DNA of 54,613 nucleotides, counting the filler, from Jimgerdemannia flammicorona (taxonomy: Eukaryota): assembly GCA_003990765.1 (NCBI GenBank). It is 3 parts of 3 records of this genome, joined end to end, with 100 filler letters (N's around TTAATTAATTAA, not from the genome) between each part and the next. Parts side by side here need not be neighbours in the genome. Positions count along the whole stretch, not along the records: positions 36,478 to 54,613 come from RBNJ01002292.1; 2 more parts are not named here. One strand, 5' to 3'. The notes under the pieces were generated by a model, which saw nothing but the letters and a program-made list of their open reading frames with translations, was not told where the DNA came from and searched no databases. This document shows positions 36,478-49,671 of the stretch, piece after piece; the stretch's first letter is position 1, and every line of letters begins with the position of its first letter. The position numbers and the translations under genes were made by a program.

Positions 36478-39400
36478 TGATAGACAGTGGTGCCTCAGGC
36501 AACTTCATCAATGAAGAAACAGCCAACAGACTCAAGGTCTTCACCTCTCCAGTACAACAAACTCAAGCAGTTGCCACAGCTGATGGAACCTCACATATTA
36601 TTAGTAAGGAAGTCTGTAATCTGTTCTTCCGAATTGGTGACTACTGAGTACATGTTACCCTCCAGATCATACCACTTCCTGACAATGAAATCATCCTTGC
36701 GACTCCCTGGTTGAAATAAGAGAACCCTATGATCAATTGGGTAAACTATTCTCTGAGTATCAAGAAAGGACACCACAACTTCAAACTGCAAGGTGAAAAG
36801 GACCCACTCAGCTCTAGTGATCCTGGACCAAAGTTCACCTACATCAACAAGCTACAGCTCAAGAAATTGGCCAAGAAATGTCCTCTCTTCACTATCTCCA
36901 TCTGCCCATCCAAAGGAGAACCTGAGAACTCTGAAGAAGACTTTTTTATAGTTGATAGCCATATCAGACCCCTACTCCAGAAATTTCGAGACATATTCCC
37001 AAAGAAACTTCTGAAAGGCCTATCTCCTAAACAAGCAGTAGACTATGCTATCAAGACTATTCCAGATGCCAAGCCAGCCTTCAAGTCAATCTACCACATG
37101 TCTTTGAGAGAAATCAATGTACTCAAGAAAGAAATTAATAAACTCCTAGAACAAGGAACCATCAGATGCAGTGCATCACCTTATGGTGCACCAGTCCTCT
37201 TTATTGTCAAGAAAGGAGGAGACCTACGAATGTGTATTGATTACTGAGACCTCAATGAACAGACCATCACAAACTGTTGCCCACTATCCAGAATCGATGA
37301 AATATTCAACAAGCTTACCAACCCACAATTCATAAGCTCTTTTAATCTACAAAATAGTTACTGGCAAATTGCCATAAGAGAAGAAGACATCTACAAGACA
37401 GCCTTCTGAACTCACTATGGACATTTTGAATTCCTGGTTATGCCCTTTGGCTTAACTAATGCTCCAGCAACCTTCCAGACCCTGATGTATACTATCCTGC
37501 ACTCATACCTAGACAAATTCATTGTTGTCAATATTGACAACATTCTAGTCTTCAGCAAAACCCTGGAGGAATATCTGGATCATCTCAAACTAGTACTACT
37601 GAAACTCTGACAAAACTGTCTCTTTGCAAAACTCAGCAAATGCAAATTTCTCCTGAAAGAGATTCAATTTCTTGGATACATTATCACACCAAATGGAATC
37701 AAAGTGGACCCCAGCAAAATCTCCACAATCAAGGAATGGCCCAGACCCAAGAAGCTGAAAGACCTCCAGTCATTCCTAGGATTAGCAAACTATTACAGGC
37801 AATTTGTTGCTAACTTTGCTAAAATCGTTACTGCCCTTACCCAAATGACCAAGCACAACAAGAAAGAAGAACAGCCCTGGACAATGAAACAAGAAAAAGA
37901 CTTCAACAATCTTACAAATTGGGGACCTAAACAAGATACAGTCTTTCAAGCACTAAAAGATGCCTTGATAACCACTCCAGTACTTTAAGTGGTAAACCCT
38001 GCCCTACCATATGAAGTTACTACTGATGCCTCTGACCTAGCCCTTGGAGCAGTACTCATGCAAGAAGGACACCCTGTGGCCTATCACTCTTGAAAGTTCA
38101 ATGATGCTAAAATCAACTATACAACTCATGAGAAGGAAATGCTAGCTATTGTAGATACTCTGATCAAATGGTGATCATACCTAGAAGGAGCACACTTCAC
38201 TATATTGACTGACCACAAGTCATTAGTCAACATCAAGACACAGGCTACCCTTTCCCAAAAGCAAGCCAGATGGATGAAAGTCCTCACCAACTTTGACTAT
38301 GAAATCCAGTATCACTCTGGTAAGAAGAATATTGTTGCTGATGCAATCTCAAGACCACCAATCAAAGAAGTTATTCAAACTCTCACCCTGGTTACAAACT
38401 CTATCATAGAACAAATTATTACAGCATGTGCTGATGACAAGAAAGCTCAAGCACTCCAAGAAATCCTGAATAGTGACAATACTGACAAGTATACCTGGTA
38501 CCATCAATACCAACTCAAAGGACAATGCTATCTACTACAAGGACAGATTGTATGTTCCAAACAACTGAGACCTCTGAAGGACTATCCTATTTGAATGTTG
38601 TAATGCCCCTACAGCAGAATATTTAGAATTTGACAAATGCTATAAAGTTATCTCCCGAAACTTCTATTGGCCCCATATGGCAGATCAGCTCAAGACCTAC
38701 ATCACTTCCTGTGATGCCTGCCAACATAACAAGTCCTCAACACTAGCAAAACCTGGTCTACTCCACCCTACCCCAGTACCATTTGCTAATTGGGAACAAA
38801 TCTCTATGGACTTCATTGTACAACTACCCTGAACCAAGAATGAGAAAGATGCAATTGTTATCTTTGTAGATTATCTCAGTAAACAAGCCCACTACATACC
38901 AACTACTACTACTACAATAGCACTAGACATAGCCACACTCTTGTTTGATAACATCTCATGCTATTATGGTCTCCCTAAGATCATTGTTAGTAACTGAGAC
39001 CCAAAATTCACCAGCCATTTTTGGAAAGCCCTCCATGCAAACCTTGGAATGAAACTTGCACTATCTACAGCCTTTCACCCTGAAACTAATGACCAAACTA
39101 AAAGAATGAACCAAACTCTGAAATAAATGCTAAGGAACTATGTTTCCTGCAGATAAGATGATTGGCATGAATACCTCAACACAGTCAAGTTTGCCTATAA
39201 CAATAGCAAGCAAGCCTCTCTTGGAATGTCTCCATTCTTCACCAATACTGGACATAACCCAAACACTCCTCTGATACTTATCTGAACTACTGACGAACTC
39301 TCTACAGTTGAAGCTGTTGAAGCATTCCTGCTCTGAATGCATAATCCAAGCCAAATCACAATCAAGAATTTATCACGAGCTCAAGAACAATAGTCACAGT

Positions 39401-40292
39401 ATGTTAACCAACACTGCCGAGAAGAAACATTTGATATTGGAGAAAAGGTTCTGAGGATACTGAGTTGACAACCTCAAGCACAGACTATCTACAAAGCTGA
39501 ACAGCAAGTTTATTAGATCATTTAAAGTCATTGCACAAGTCTCTCCTACTTCCTACAAATTGGTGCTACCAGACACCATTAGGATTTATCTGGTCTTTAA
39601 AGTCTAACATCTCAAGCAATACAATGAGAATAATGACAAGCTATTCCCAAACTGGACTACTGAACCACCTGCACCTGTCATTATTAATGATCAAGAAGAA
39701 TACGAAGTTGAACAAATCCTCAACAAATGTGGCCACAAGAACCTTCCAGAGTACCTTGTTAAATGGAAAGGTTACCCAATCCATGATGCAATCTGAGAAC
39801 CCAAGACTAACCTCCGGAATGCTACTGACTTGGTTCAGGAGTATGACTCCCTGAATAACTAAAACTGAATACTCTGTACCTATCTGCACATACTATATAT
39901 TACTCTTCTGAACATTATAATTATCATAAACAAAAATCAAGAACTCAGCAAGCCAAAACAAAAAGAATACTGACTCTCTAGAAAAATAGCAAAACTTAAA
40001 GCAAGCCTATTCTCCCCATACTACTGGTGGGAAATGAGGTATAGACATTTAAGAAGATTCCTTAGAGAAAATTCTCCATTAGTGAATGATGTCAGAATCA
40101 CTTCTGGCGCATGGTATCGAACACATGACCTTTTAATATATGAATCCAACACATTAGCCAACTATACTATAAGTATGCCACTTTCTGGAAAAATGGACTT
40201 CACCAGACTTTTGACCTCCCAAATGGTGTAACAACACTAGAACAAAATTAGAAGGCCCCAATGAGAATGTTGAAAGCTAAGAAGGGGAAAGT
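36478..40292 (+). mobile_element. Ty3/gypsy chromovirus: protease, RT, RNase H, integrase, chromodomain, 3' UTR, PPT
   Basis: IDSGASGNFI, SPYGAPVLFIVKKGG, TDASD, HEKEMLAI, WEQISMDFIV, EYEVEQIL...EYLVKWKGYP (chromodomain ~39695-39855), PPT aagaaggggaaag 40279-40291. Confidence 0.95.
40101..40173 (-). pseudogene. Eroded tRNA-like sequence (A box/B box, CAT at the anticodon position)
   Basis: Minus strand: cttatagtatagttggctaatgtgttggattcatatattaaaaggtcatgtGTTCGATACCatgcgccag. tRNA-like spacing but imperfect stems. Confidence 0.45.
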
Positions 40293-42683
40293 TATAAGTA
40301 TACAACCTCCAAGCCACCGAAATTACACATCACCCTCTGAATAAGCCACTGAAATCACATGCAACCTCCGAACAAATCTGGAAATCACCTGCAAGATCAC
40401 AAAGCTGAGTCAAACTGAAGTCGCAGCATACAAAGCTGGGTCAATACGAAGTCACAGAACACAAGACTTACACAAACAGAATCTTACCAATTAGGACCAA
40501 ATGTAGTGCTCCAAACAAGTCAATCTGGATGGGATTCAGATGGATTCGAATCCCATCTGGATGGATTCGAATCAACCATTGTTTTGATTTCTAAATTGGA
40601 CATTTAAATGTTTATATCAATAACTCGATGAATAATCATCATCCAAATTTGATGATCTGGGTGTCATTTGAAAGCCCTTAATAAGGCCTTTCTAATGATA
40701 TCAAGAAAATTAAAATCGGATTACGCGTTGCCGAGATATTAAGGAAAATGTTCTATTTGACGAAATTTCCAAAATCGGCAAATCAAAGAATTTTCAAAAT
40801 CGGTGATTCTGATGGTTTCCTTCATAACTCAGCAATGTATGATCAGATTTCAATGTTCTTGGTATCATTAGATAGGCCTTATTAAGGGCGTTCAATTGAC
40901 ACCAAGAACATCAAATTGGGATAATTATTCATTAGGTTATTGATGTAAACATTTAATTATCTAATTTGGAAATCAAACAATGGTTGATTCGAATCCATCC
41001 AGATGGGATTCAAGTTGATCTGGATGGGATTCAATCTGAATCAATCTGAATCCAATCTAGATTAAATTGACTTATTCGGAGTACTAACCAAATATATATA
41101 TACCAAGCACCAAGATATGCTGAAATAGAGAACCAAAACAAACAATAACTACAACTTCCGCACATACACAAACATGACTACCGAGATCTATAACCACATC
41201 CATGCTGACATTTAGAATGCTATTGTCAATTGAGCCACCCTCTCTGCCCCTCATAAATATCCATAGCTTAGTATCTCTCTACTTTGTGGAAGCCTGATGG
41301 AACACCCTGAACATGCTTAGTGAGGCCCACTGAATCAGACAAATCTCAAGCTACTATCAGATCAGCTGCCTTCTGGAAGATATGGTCAAACACCATCATG
41401 ATACAGACATGACCCAAATGTCCCAATACCAGAAACTTATTGCCTGCAAACATTGAGAACTCTTCTATAAGTACAGCACCTTTATCCCTCGCCTCTGAGT
41501 TACTACTGCTGAAATGGTTATTACTCTGTCCAATGGCCAAATTGATGACATGATACAAGAACTCAACCACAAGTATCTTGAATATGTCCAGACTATAGAC
41601 AGAACCTTCCTACACCCCAATGACCATATTCTACAAATGCCTCAAGTTAGATATGCTAAGAAGGATGTCTATGATATAATCCAGTTCAATAAAGACAAAG
41701 TAGACAACAATGATCCCTCTGACACTGATATGACCTCCAGCCAAGAATCTCTACCAACTCTGATCACACTGCCAACCTTACTGATAAACTTGCAATAGTT
41801 CATAACCACCTATGAGACCTATTGGGACAATGACCACTGGTATGAATACTAACCTGTGTTCACCCCTGATTACTTCAACTATAATGAAGAGATCAGAGAA
41901 CACAACCTGTACCTTCAGACAACCCTTAAGATCAAACCAACCACCCTGCTACCCAAGTATGAGTGACATGAACCACAGCCACCAGCTTACTACAACCCCA
42001 TGACTCATAGTGCTGTAACCTATAGAAGGTATGCAGATAGTGAATCCAATGAAAGTGAAGATGATGTATCCCTCCTTTGCCCACCAATGCCTTACCCAGC
42101 ATATGAGACAGATGATGCTATCTTGTGAGACAGTGATAAAGTCCCAATATATAATTACATCAGTAAATAAGGAGAAGTAATCTGTGAACCACTCTTCCTA
42201 GATGACTACTTCATCAGAGATAATGCCATCTATAGTGATGTCATCAGAGACTACCCAGACAGCATATAAATCTATAGATAGCTTAGCAGTCATAGTATAG
42301 TTAGATTTGCCTTATACAACATGACTGTGAACTGACTCAGCAGTCAGACAATCTCTTGATATGTCAGATCACCTTGTACTATGTAACTACATTCTGACTC
42401 AGCAAGGCACTAAAGTGCTACATCTATATCTAGTATAGTCCAGATACATAGCTCCTCACTAGTATAAATACCCCCTCTCTCAGACCTCAGAATCTCAGAC
42501 ACAAATAGACTTGAACACTTGAACAATCCAAATACAACTTCTGAACACTTCCCTACAATATCCCTTCACACAACTACTCCTAGTATAGCAATATCATGAA
42601 TAGTGAATAAACCTATTTAATAATCCACAAACCACTCTTTAGTAAATCCACTCCCCATTAGGTCCCACTTCTAACCCCATCAC
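40293..42683 (+). mobile_element. Long 3' LTR-like unit (contains a hAT MITE and a decayed ORF); right end approximate
   Basis: Starts right after the PPT, homologous to 1146-1298. TATAAA at ~42463 and AATAAA at ~42605. Confidence 0.55.
40504..41086. mobile_element. Fold-back hAT-type MITE (583 bp)
   Basis: TIRs tagtgctccaaacaagtcaat / attgacttattcggagtacta. 8-bp TSD accaaatg (40496-40503) / accaaata (41087-41094). Internal ~200-bp inverted arms. Confidence 0.9.
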
Positions 42684-43039
42684 GAAATTTCCTAATTGGG
42701 TATTGTCTGCAGCGATATGCCAATTCAACTAAGCTAGTCTTAGTTTCTTGAACTTCCTGAAATACAGAAAATCCTAAATATCCAGAACTAGTCCAAAAAA
42801 GGACTTTGGTTGAGACATCAACCTGATCTTGAAATCAATAAGCATAGAGGATGTTCTCTATATGAAATTGATCTTGACCTTAAGAAAATGGTCTTCCAGA
42901 ATATCCAGAACTTCCAGAAAACCCTTCTAGAACTACATAATAGTTACCTTAAAAAGCAACCCTCTTACAGGATGTCATTGGAACAATTGTCCCAGCCAGA
43001 GAGATAGTAAGGTATCTGGGCATCTTCCTTTCAGTATAT

Positions 43040-43791
43040 GGATCAGTCTTGCTACAGGTGTGGTGGGAGAGGAGGGTGACCATCTGGAGGGAGGCACTTC
43101 AAGGCTGGGGAGGCTGCCACATCTCCCTGGTGGACCAAGTAATGATCCTGAATGTATACTGGTTTCTTAAGCTATAGTATATTGTCTATCACTTGGATTT
43201 TCCAGCTAAGGTGGTGAAGAGACTGATGAAGCTGGCTAGGGATTAGATTTGGACTGGGAGGCAGTACCAGATCAGTTGAGATACCCTTTCAATGTTAGTA
43301 GTTCAAGGGGGGCTAGGACTGGTAGACTTTTCTAAGAGGCTGTATTGTCTGAGAGCTTAGTAGTTGAAGTGGGCTATGGAACTGAGAGAAGAGAGATGGG
43401 TGCTGATGATGCAGAAGGTGTGGGAGATGAGATTCTCTCCAAGATGGTTCTCAGGGAATTTGCTTTCCCTGATAGATCTGGGTGGGAGCCATTGGCTGTG
43501 GTATAAAGGCTTCTGGTGTGGGGTAGTAGATGGAGCATACCACATAGGCTTGTACTGGTGTAGCAATAAAGGAGAGAGGCTGTGGAGACCAGCTATGTGG
43601 AGATAAGACAGATGGCTCCGGGTGGGTACTCCTTTTATTAAATTTGATATTAGTGATGGAGTAGAGTGTCACAGAGGACTTGGTCAGGATCTTTGATCTA
43701 GTAGTTGGTAAGCAGTGAGGATTGTTGAGGAGTGGGATTGGGCAGGAGTCTGGGAATAGAGTGCTGAGGTGCAGAGGTAGCTTCCACCCAA
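43040..43791 (+). mobile_element. LINE-C (older copy), 3' ORF2 part, left of the LINE-D insertion
   Basis: GGLGLVDF and YKGFWCGVVDGAYHIG match LINE-A/D ORF2. The reading continues at 49672. Confidence 0.8.
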
Positions 43792-46700
43792 AACTAAGAA
43801 CGACATCTTTCTCTGATACTACTTGGGTTATACAACCTTTGAAAGGCACTCATGACATCGTTTTTGGAGCAAAGAGACTAACAATATGACAACTGATAGG
43901 CGAGCTGAGGTGTGTACTGGGCAGGGCGGCCCAAGTGCATTTGAATGGCAGCAAGTTAGGAGGGGCCCAGGCCTAGGGGGGAGCATGAGGGGGCTGCTGG
44001 CAGGTGGACGAAGAAGGGGTGGAGGTACTGGTGGAGGTCAGGGGTCTGGGAGGGCGAGCTTTGCTGAGACGGTGAAGGGGAGGCAGCAGGCATCGGGGCT
44101 GGAGGGCTGGCTGAGGAGGGGCAAGGAGAACAAGAAGGCAGTGGTGCAGGGGGGAGTGGCCCTTGGAAGGGGGGACAGTGAAGCTGGGGGAGTAGCAGCT
44201 GGAGGGAGTGTGACTGCTGATGGCAATGGGACTGCTAATCTGGAAAAAAATCCAGATGTGATGGCTGTTGGTGAGGTTGAGCAGCTGGGGCTTGGAAGAT
44301 AAGGAGATTTGGCGGATAGTGTGATGGGCCTGGCAGTGGCCCCATTACTCAAGAAATCGATCTCAGCATTCGTGGTTACACTGTGCTTCCAGGGCTTAGT
44401 GGTGACGGCGAAAATAGTACTGGGGCTTATCGCTAAGCAGGTGGCAGGAGCTGCTTCGGTGAAGTTTCTAAAGGGACTGGAGGGTGTGGAGGTAGGCTTT
44501 GAGGAGGCTGAACTGCTGAAGGAGGCACTGAAGGTTGGGTTGGTGGCTAGAGAGGTGTGTGTGCCAATGGCGAGGTGTTTGAAGTGGGATCTGTGAGTGG
44601 TCCAGCTGCTAGAGAAAGGAGTATCCACAGTGACAGCGATGGAGACAAGAAAGAGAGTGGGGAATGTTATGGTGGAGTATGGAGAGGTAGTGGATATTGG
44701 ATTCAGGATCTGGGAAGGGACCATGCTCAGGACTGGGGATGTGGATGTGAGGATTCAGCTGGCTGGAAAAAAGGCTACTGGGAAGGTGAGGGACTGGCCT
44801 TTGGTGATGGTTTGGGGAGTGATCCTGTACAAGGTGGCAAGGGTGAAAGGAAGTGAAGAAGAGGAAGAGGATTTATTGAAAGCACTGGAGGAACTGGATG
44901 GGGCTGTGGAGCAGCAAGCTAAGGCCTGGAAGACTTTTGAGGAGTCGACACACCTGGAGGTAGTGGATGGAAAGAGGATTCGAGTGGACAAGGTGCAGTG
45001 GGATAGGGCTCAGGGGTGGAAGTGACAGAAGGATCTGCTGGCTAAACTGGGGGGTGGACCACAGAAGGATGCAAGCAAGAAGATGGGTGCTGAAGGGGCC
45101 AGAGCAAACATCTGGGCTGGCAAGAGGAGTGGGAATGATGGGGTGGAGACAGGGAAGGCGAAAGAGGGGAAGTTTAGCGACCTATATGCTGATGGCACCT
45201 TGGAGGTTTGGGATGAAGTCTGGGAGAACTCCCCCACTCCTTCCCCTCTTATCAGGCGTGGCCCAGCTTCCAGGAACAAGAAAGGGGAGGACCTGACGAT
45301 GCTGGGGACCCAGCAGGTGAAATTCAGCATTCCAGAGGTAATGAATGGGGATCAAGTAGTGGTGGTCAGAGAGGAGGAACTGGTGGATGTCCCGGAGGTG
45401 TGGGATGAGGATGTGAGTGCCAGAGCTGACACCACAATGCTGGATGGAGGGAGGCCAGCAACCCCTGGTGGGAAGGAGGTGGGGAACCTACTTTGAATGT
45501 GCCAGATGATGAATAACCTGGTGGCAGAAGAGCTGGGGGAGGTGGACTTGTGTGGGATGGGTGATGAGCACTGGATGAAAATTTTGCAGGAGGAAGGAGT
45601 GGTGATGGCACTGAAGGTGGAAATTCTTACGGTGTATCTGGAGGAGGAAGGGTATGAGATGGACAAGGAGTGGGAGGCAGAGATGGCGGTTACTGCTGGG
45701 GAGAGGGCTGAGTACTGTTGGAACAAGCATCATGGGCTGCAGCTTTGGCAGGAGGCTTGCATCAAGTACAGAGAGGAGTTTGAGGAGAAGGCCGATGGGG
45801 AGATGAATGAGCTGTTGGCTGAACTGGAGGCTCAGGGGGCTGAAGAGGTGGAGGTGATGGCTGAACATGATCTGGACATGGCACAGGAGAAGATGAGCAT
45901 GGAGCAGTAGAGATCGATGGAGAACAAACTGTAGTTAACTATGAACAGTACAACCAACATTTTTTCTTTGAATGTGAATGGGCTAAGGGGCACAGTTAGA
46001 TGTAGGAACATTTTTACTTGGCTGAAGGGATTGGAGGCCAATCTCATCCTCTTGCAGGATGTCAGGTGTGAGGATGATTCTGATAGGATGGAATGGACAA
46101 GAGAATGGGGAGGCATGGCGATTTGGAACAGCAAGGTCAGGATTCTGGTTTGGAAAGGCAGAGGGGAGATAAGGGATGTGAGGAGCTGGGGGGAGTGACT
46201 GGTCTGGGGTGAGTGGATTCATGCAGGTTGGGAGCCAGTCACAGTTGGCTCCTGTTATTATCCTGCTGTGCGGGGGGAGTGTGTGGATTGGGTGAAAAGG
46301 CTCCAAGAGAGTGAGATCCTTGCTGAAGCTGGGGTGGATATGCTTGGAGGAGATTTCAATATGGTTCGGGATATATGGTTGGATAGAACTGATGGAGGAC
46401 AGGGTGCTGAGAGCAGGAGTGGGGGGCTGGTAATATGGGAGAAAGTCGAAAGGCTAGGAGTGCTGGTGGATGCTGGTAGGGAGTACTGGGGGGACAGGAG
46501 GGTATATACACATTGGGCTGGAGGCCTGGGGACAAGGATTGATTGGATTCTGATGGCCAACTGTTGGGACCGCGATGTTTGGAAGATGCTAGAGGTGGAA
46601 TGGTGTCCGTGGTCAGATCACTGGGGCCTTTTGGGACAGGGGCGTTTTGGGGGAAGTGGGGATGGGCCTGGACATTGGTGCCTAAATTCCTCCTTGATGG

Positions 46701-49671
46701 ATGATGAGTCCCAGTGGGAGGAGTGGGTGAAAGACATTCAGCTGAAACCCCCCTACAGCCCCCAACCAAGCCACCAGCCTATCAAGGTGTCCTCCATAAG
46801 GCACTGCCACCATGATAACTGGCTCCCCAAGCTCTGTCGCCTCTCCTCCTCAAATACAAATAGCCAGTGACTGGCCAGCCCAATCCAAATAGCCAATGCC
46901 CAGCCTAAAGTAATCCACTCCACCTCTACCCCTCCTACCAATCAATCCCTCAGATCCTCCCACCTCTCCCATACATTATCTCCCCTACACCTCACCCCCA
47001 AGCAGTCCCCAATGGCCTGCCAAAAGTCTTCCAACACCTCACTCCCCTAGCCAATGTTCTGGCATCTGTACAAATCCCCCTTCCTGCCCTACATTATGGC
47101 ACTCCTCGCAGTCGAAGCAGCCCCCTATGACAAGGTGTCCTGAGTGGAAGTTAAGCATCACATTCCTCCTCAGCATGCACCACCAGACCACCCAGTACTT
47201 CAGCAGCATCTATTTTTTAACTGTGGCACTCCAGGTCCAAACCCCATGCCAGTCCCACTCCTCTCCAATTCCAACTCCTTGCCAACCACTAGGCCATAGA
47301 TCCTGGCCTGGTCCCCTTTAGCATTCTACTCCATCACCAATGTCAAACTCAGGTAAAGGTATGCCACCCAGTAGAATGCCATTCCATCTCCACATCGCCA
47401 GGCCCCAAGCCCTCTCCCCCTCATTCCCTTGCCAGCGAATACCAATGTAGTGTGCCCCCTCTACTATCCCCCACCAGAAGCCTTTATATCGCAATTGTGC
47501 AGTGTTCTGAAGCCCAACAAATGAAAGAAGATCACCAGTCGAGCCTCTTGGTGATGACTGCCTCTCCCAGACCTTCTGCAGCAGGGGAACCCAACCCCCT
47601 CCACACAACTCCACTGCCCTCTTAAGCCACCATGCCCTCAAGCAGTGTAGTTGTTTGGGGAAGTCCACCACCCCAAGACCACCTCTTGCCACTGGTAGAG
47701 ACAAAGTCTCCCAACCAATCTGACTCTGTCTGCCAGCCCAAATCCATCCCTTGGCCACCCTCACCAATCACTTCACCACCCAGGCCAGGAAGTCCAGATG
47801 ATAAGCCAAATACCACAGCTTCGGCAGTCAGTAAACATTCACAATTACGATCCTTCCCGCCAGAGAGAAGTATCTTCCCCCCCAGCCCCACAGGTCCTCC
47901 TCCCAAATTCCAACCCTCTGCTCCCACCACAGCCTGGGCAGAACAGACCTATAAACTGACAAATAGATACCCAAGTACTGCACCGCCTCTCTGGTGGGGA
48001 CAATTGTTCCAATGATCTCTCCGCCCACCAGGCCATTGCCCAGCACCATTGTTTCACACTTGTGCCAATTCAGCTTCACCCCAGAGTTCTCCTCATACCA
48101 CTCCACTGTCTTCTTGAGCTCCTCGACATCAGCAATCACTCCCAAACCAACCACCATGTCATCCACAAAGACTCCAACTTTCCAGCCAAATCTATAGATA
48201 GAGAGCCCCACTATCCTCCGCCGAATTCTGTCCATTAGAGGTTCCAAAGAAAGTGCATACAAAATGGGAGACAGTGGGTCCCCCTGGGGCACTCTCCTAC
48301 CCAGAGAGAATGCTACCCCTCTATGCCCATTACACAAGAGTGCAGCCCTACTCCCTTCCAGTAGGCTGATCATTGCTGACTGAAATGGGACTAAAACCCT
48401 AATTCTATCTAATACTTTCGCCAGCCAGACTCACCACACCCGGTCATAAGCCTTCTTCTGGTCCAAGAAGACAAGATGTCCATCCAGTCCACAGGCTCTA
48501 GCACCTTCAATAATGCCATGTACCCAAGCAGTGTCATCTCTAATAAGCCAACCCCCTACAAAGCCCCTCTGCTCAATACCAACAATTTGCTGGGCTATCT
48601 TCTATAGCCTTGCAACCACCACCTTAGTCACCAACTTTTGTTCCATATCTAGCAACATTATTGGCCACCAGTTCTTCCAATCCTCTCACCTTCCTTTGTT
48701 CTTATAAAGCAGCATCACCAGCCCAAAATCCTGCTCCCCCACCCATCTCCCCGACTGCAATATAAAATCACACAGTGCTGTCAACTCCCCCAACATGCCC
48801 AGGACTCCAACCATTCGCTTCCAGAAGTCCCAGGGTAGGCCATCCTCCCCAGGTACTATACCCAAGGCTGTTGCGGCAAGAACCTGGTGGATCTCATCCT
48901 CCTTTACAGGCATCACCAGGTCACCTAGTCCCTTAGCTTGTGGTGGGTGCCAATCTTCTAATGTTCGGTCAATGGCTGTAGCATCTGCCCCACCCTCCTC
49001 CTCACTCCACAGTCCACTCCATTGTTCCTTCAGTATTCCAAGGATATCCTGTACACCATGCACTAGTACACCATCCAAGTCAAGTACCCCTTCCCACTGC
49101 TGCTGTACTCTTCTTGCTCGAAGTGTCCTCATGAGAAACTTGGAATGCCTCTCCCCTTCCTCCAGTCCCTGCCAATGTAGCCATGCCACCAGGCCTTGCA
49201 TCCTTGACTCTTCCTCTTCCCGCAGCACCTGTTGTAGTTCCCCAACCTCCATCTTTACCCTCATTATTCTCCAATCCTCTTCTCCCTCCACTACTGCCAG
49301 TCTCACCCACTCCTCCAGGAGGCTAGCCAATCTAGTAGAAGCCCAATGCACTCTCTGCCTTCGCTGCCTCCCAGCCTCTCTGCCAGCCTTGCTCTAGTAT
49401 ATCCTAGCCATCTCTTTCATCCTCACCCACTGAACCCCAATTGGGGCCCCTTCTTGCTGCCAGTTCTCTACCCAGAGGCACTGCTTGGTAGTGAAGATCT
49501 GTGGTCAGAGTAGTGGGAGAGTTGGAGTTGTTGGTGAGAGGGTGGTCTTTATATGTGAAGAGGTGGGGAGGGGCCCCCCTATGGGGATCGGATAGTGGGT
49601 GGTGATATTGTATACTTATTCATAGACTGGTAATAAAAATGGAGTCCAAGTGACTATAAAAAAAAAAAAAA
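43792..49671 (+). mobile_element. LINE-D: full-length L1/Tx1-like element with internal inversion 46742-49480 and 19-bp TSD
   Basis: ORF1 43886-~45910 and APE from 45941 on plus; RT on minus; 3' end plus poly(A) on plus. TSD agaggtagcttccacccaa at 43773-43791 and 49672-49690. Confidence 0.92.

Noticed and set aside
32591..36478. Gypsy pol after the gap as the continuation of gypsy element 2
   Set aside because: It restarts at protease and has a different RT sequence, so it is a separate element.
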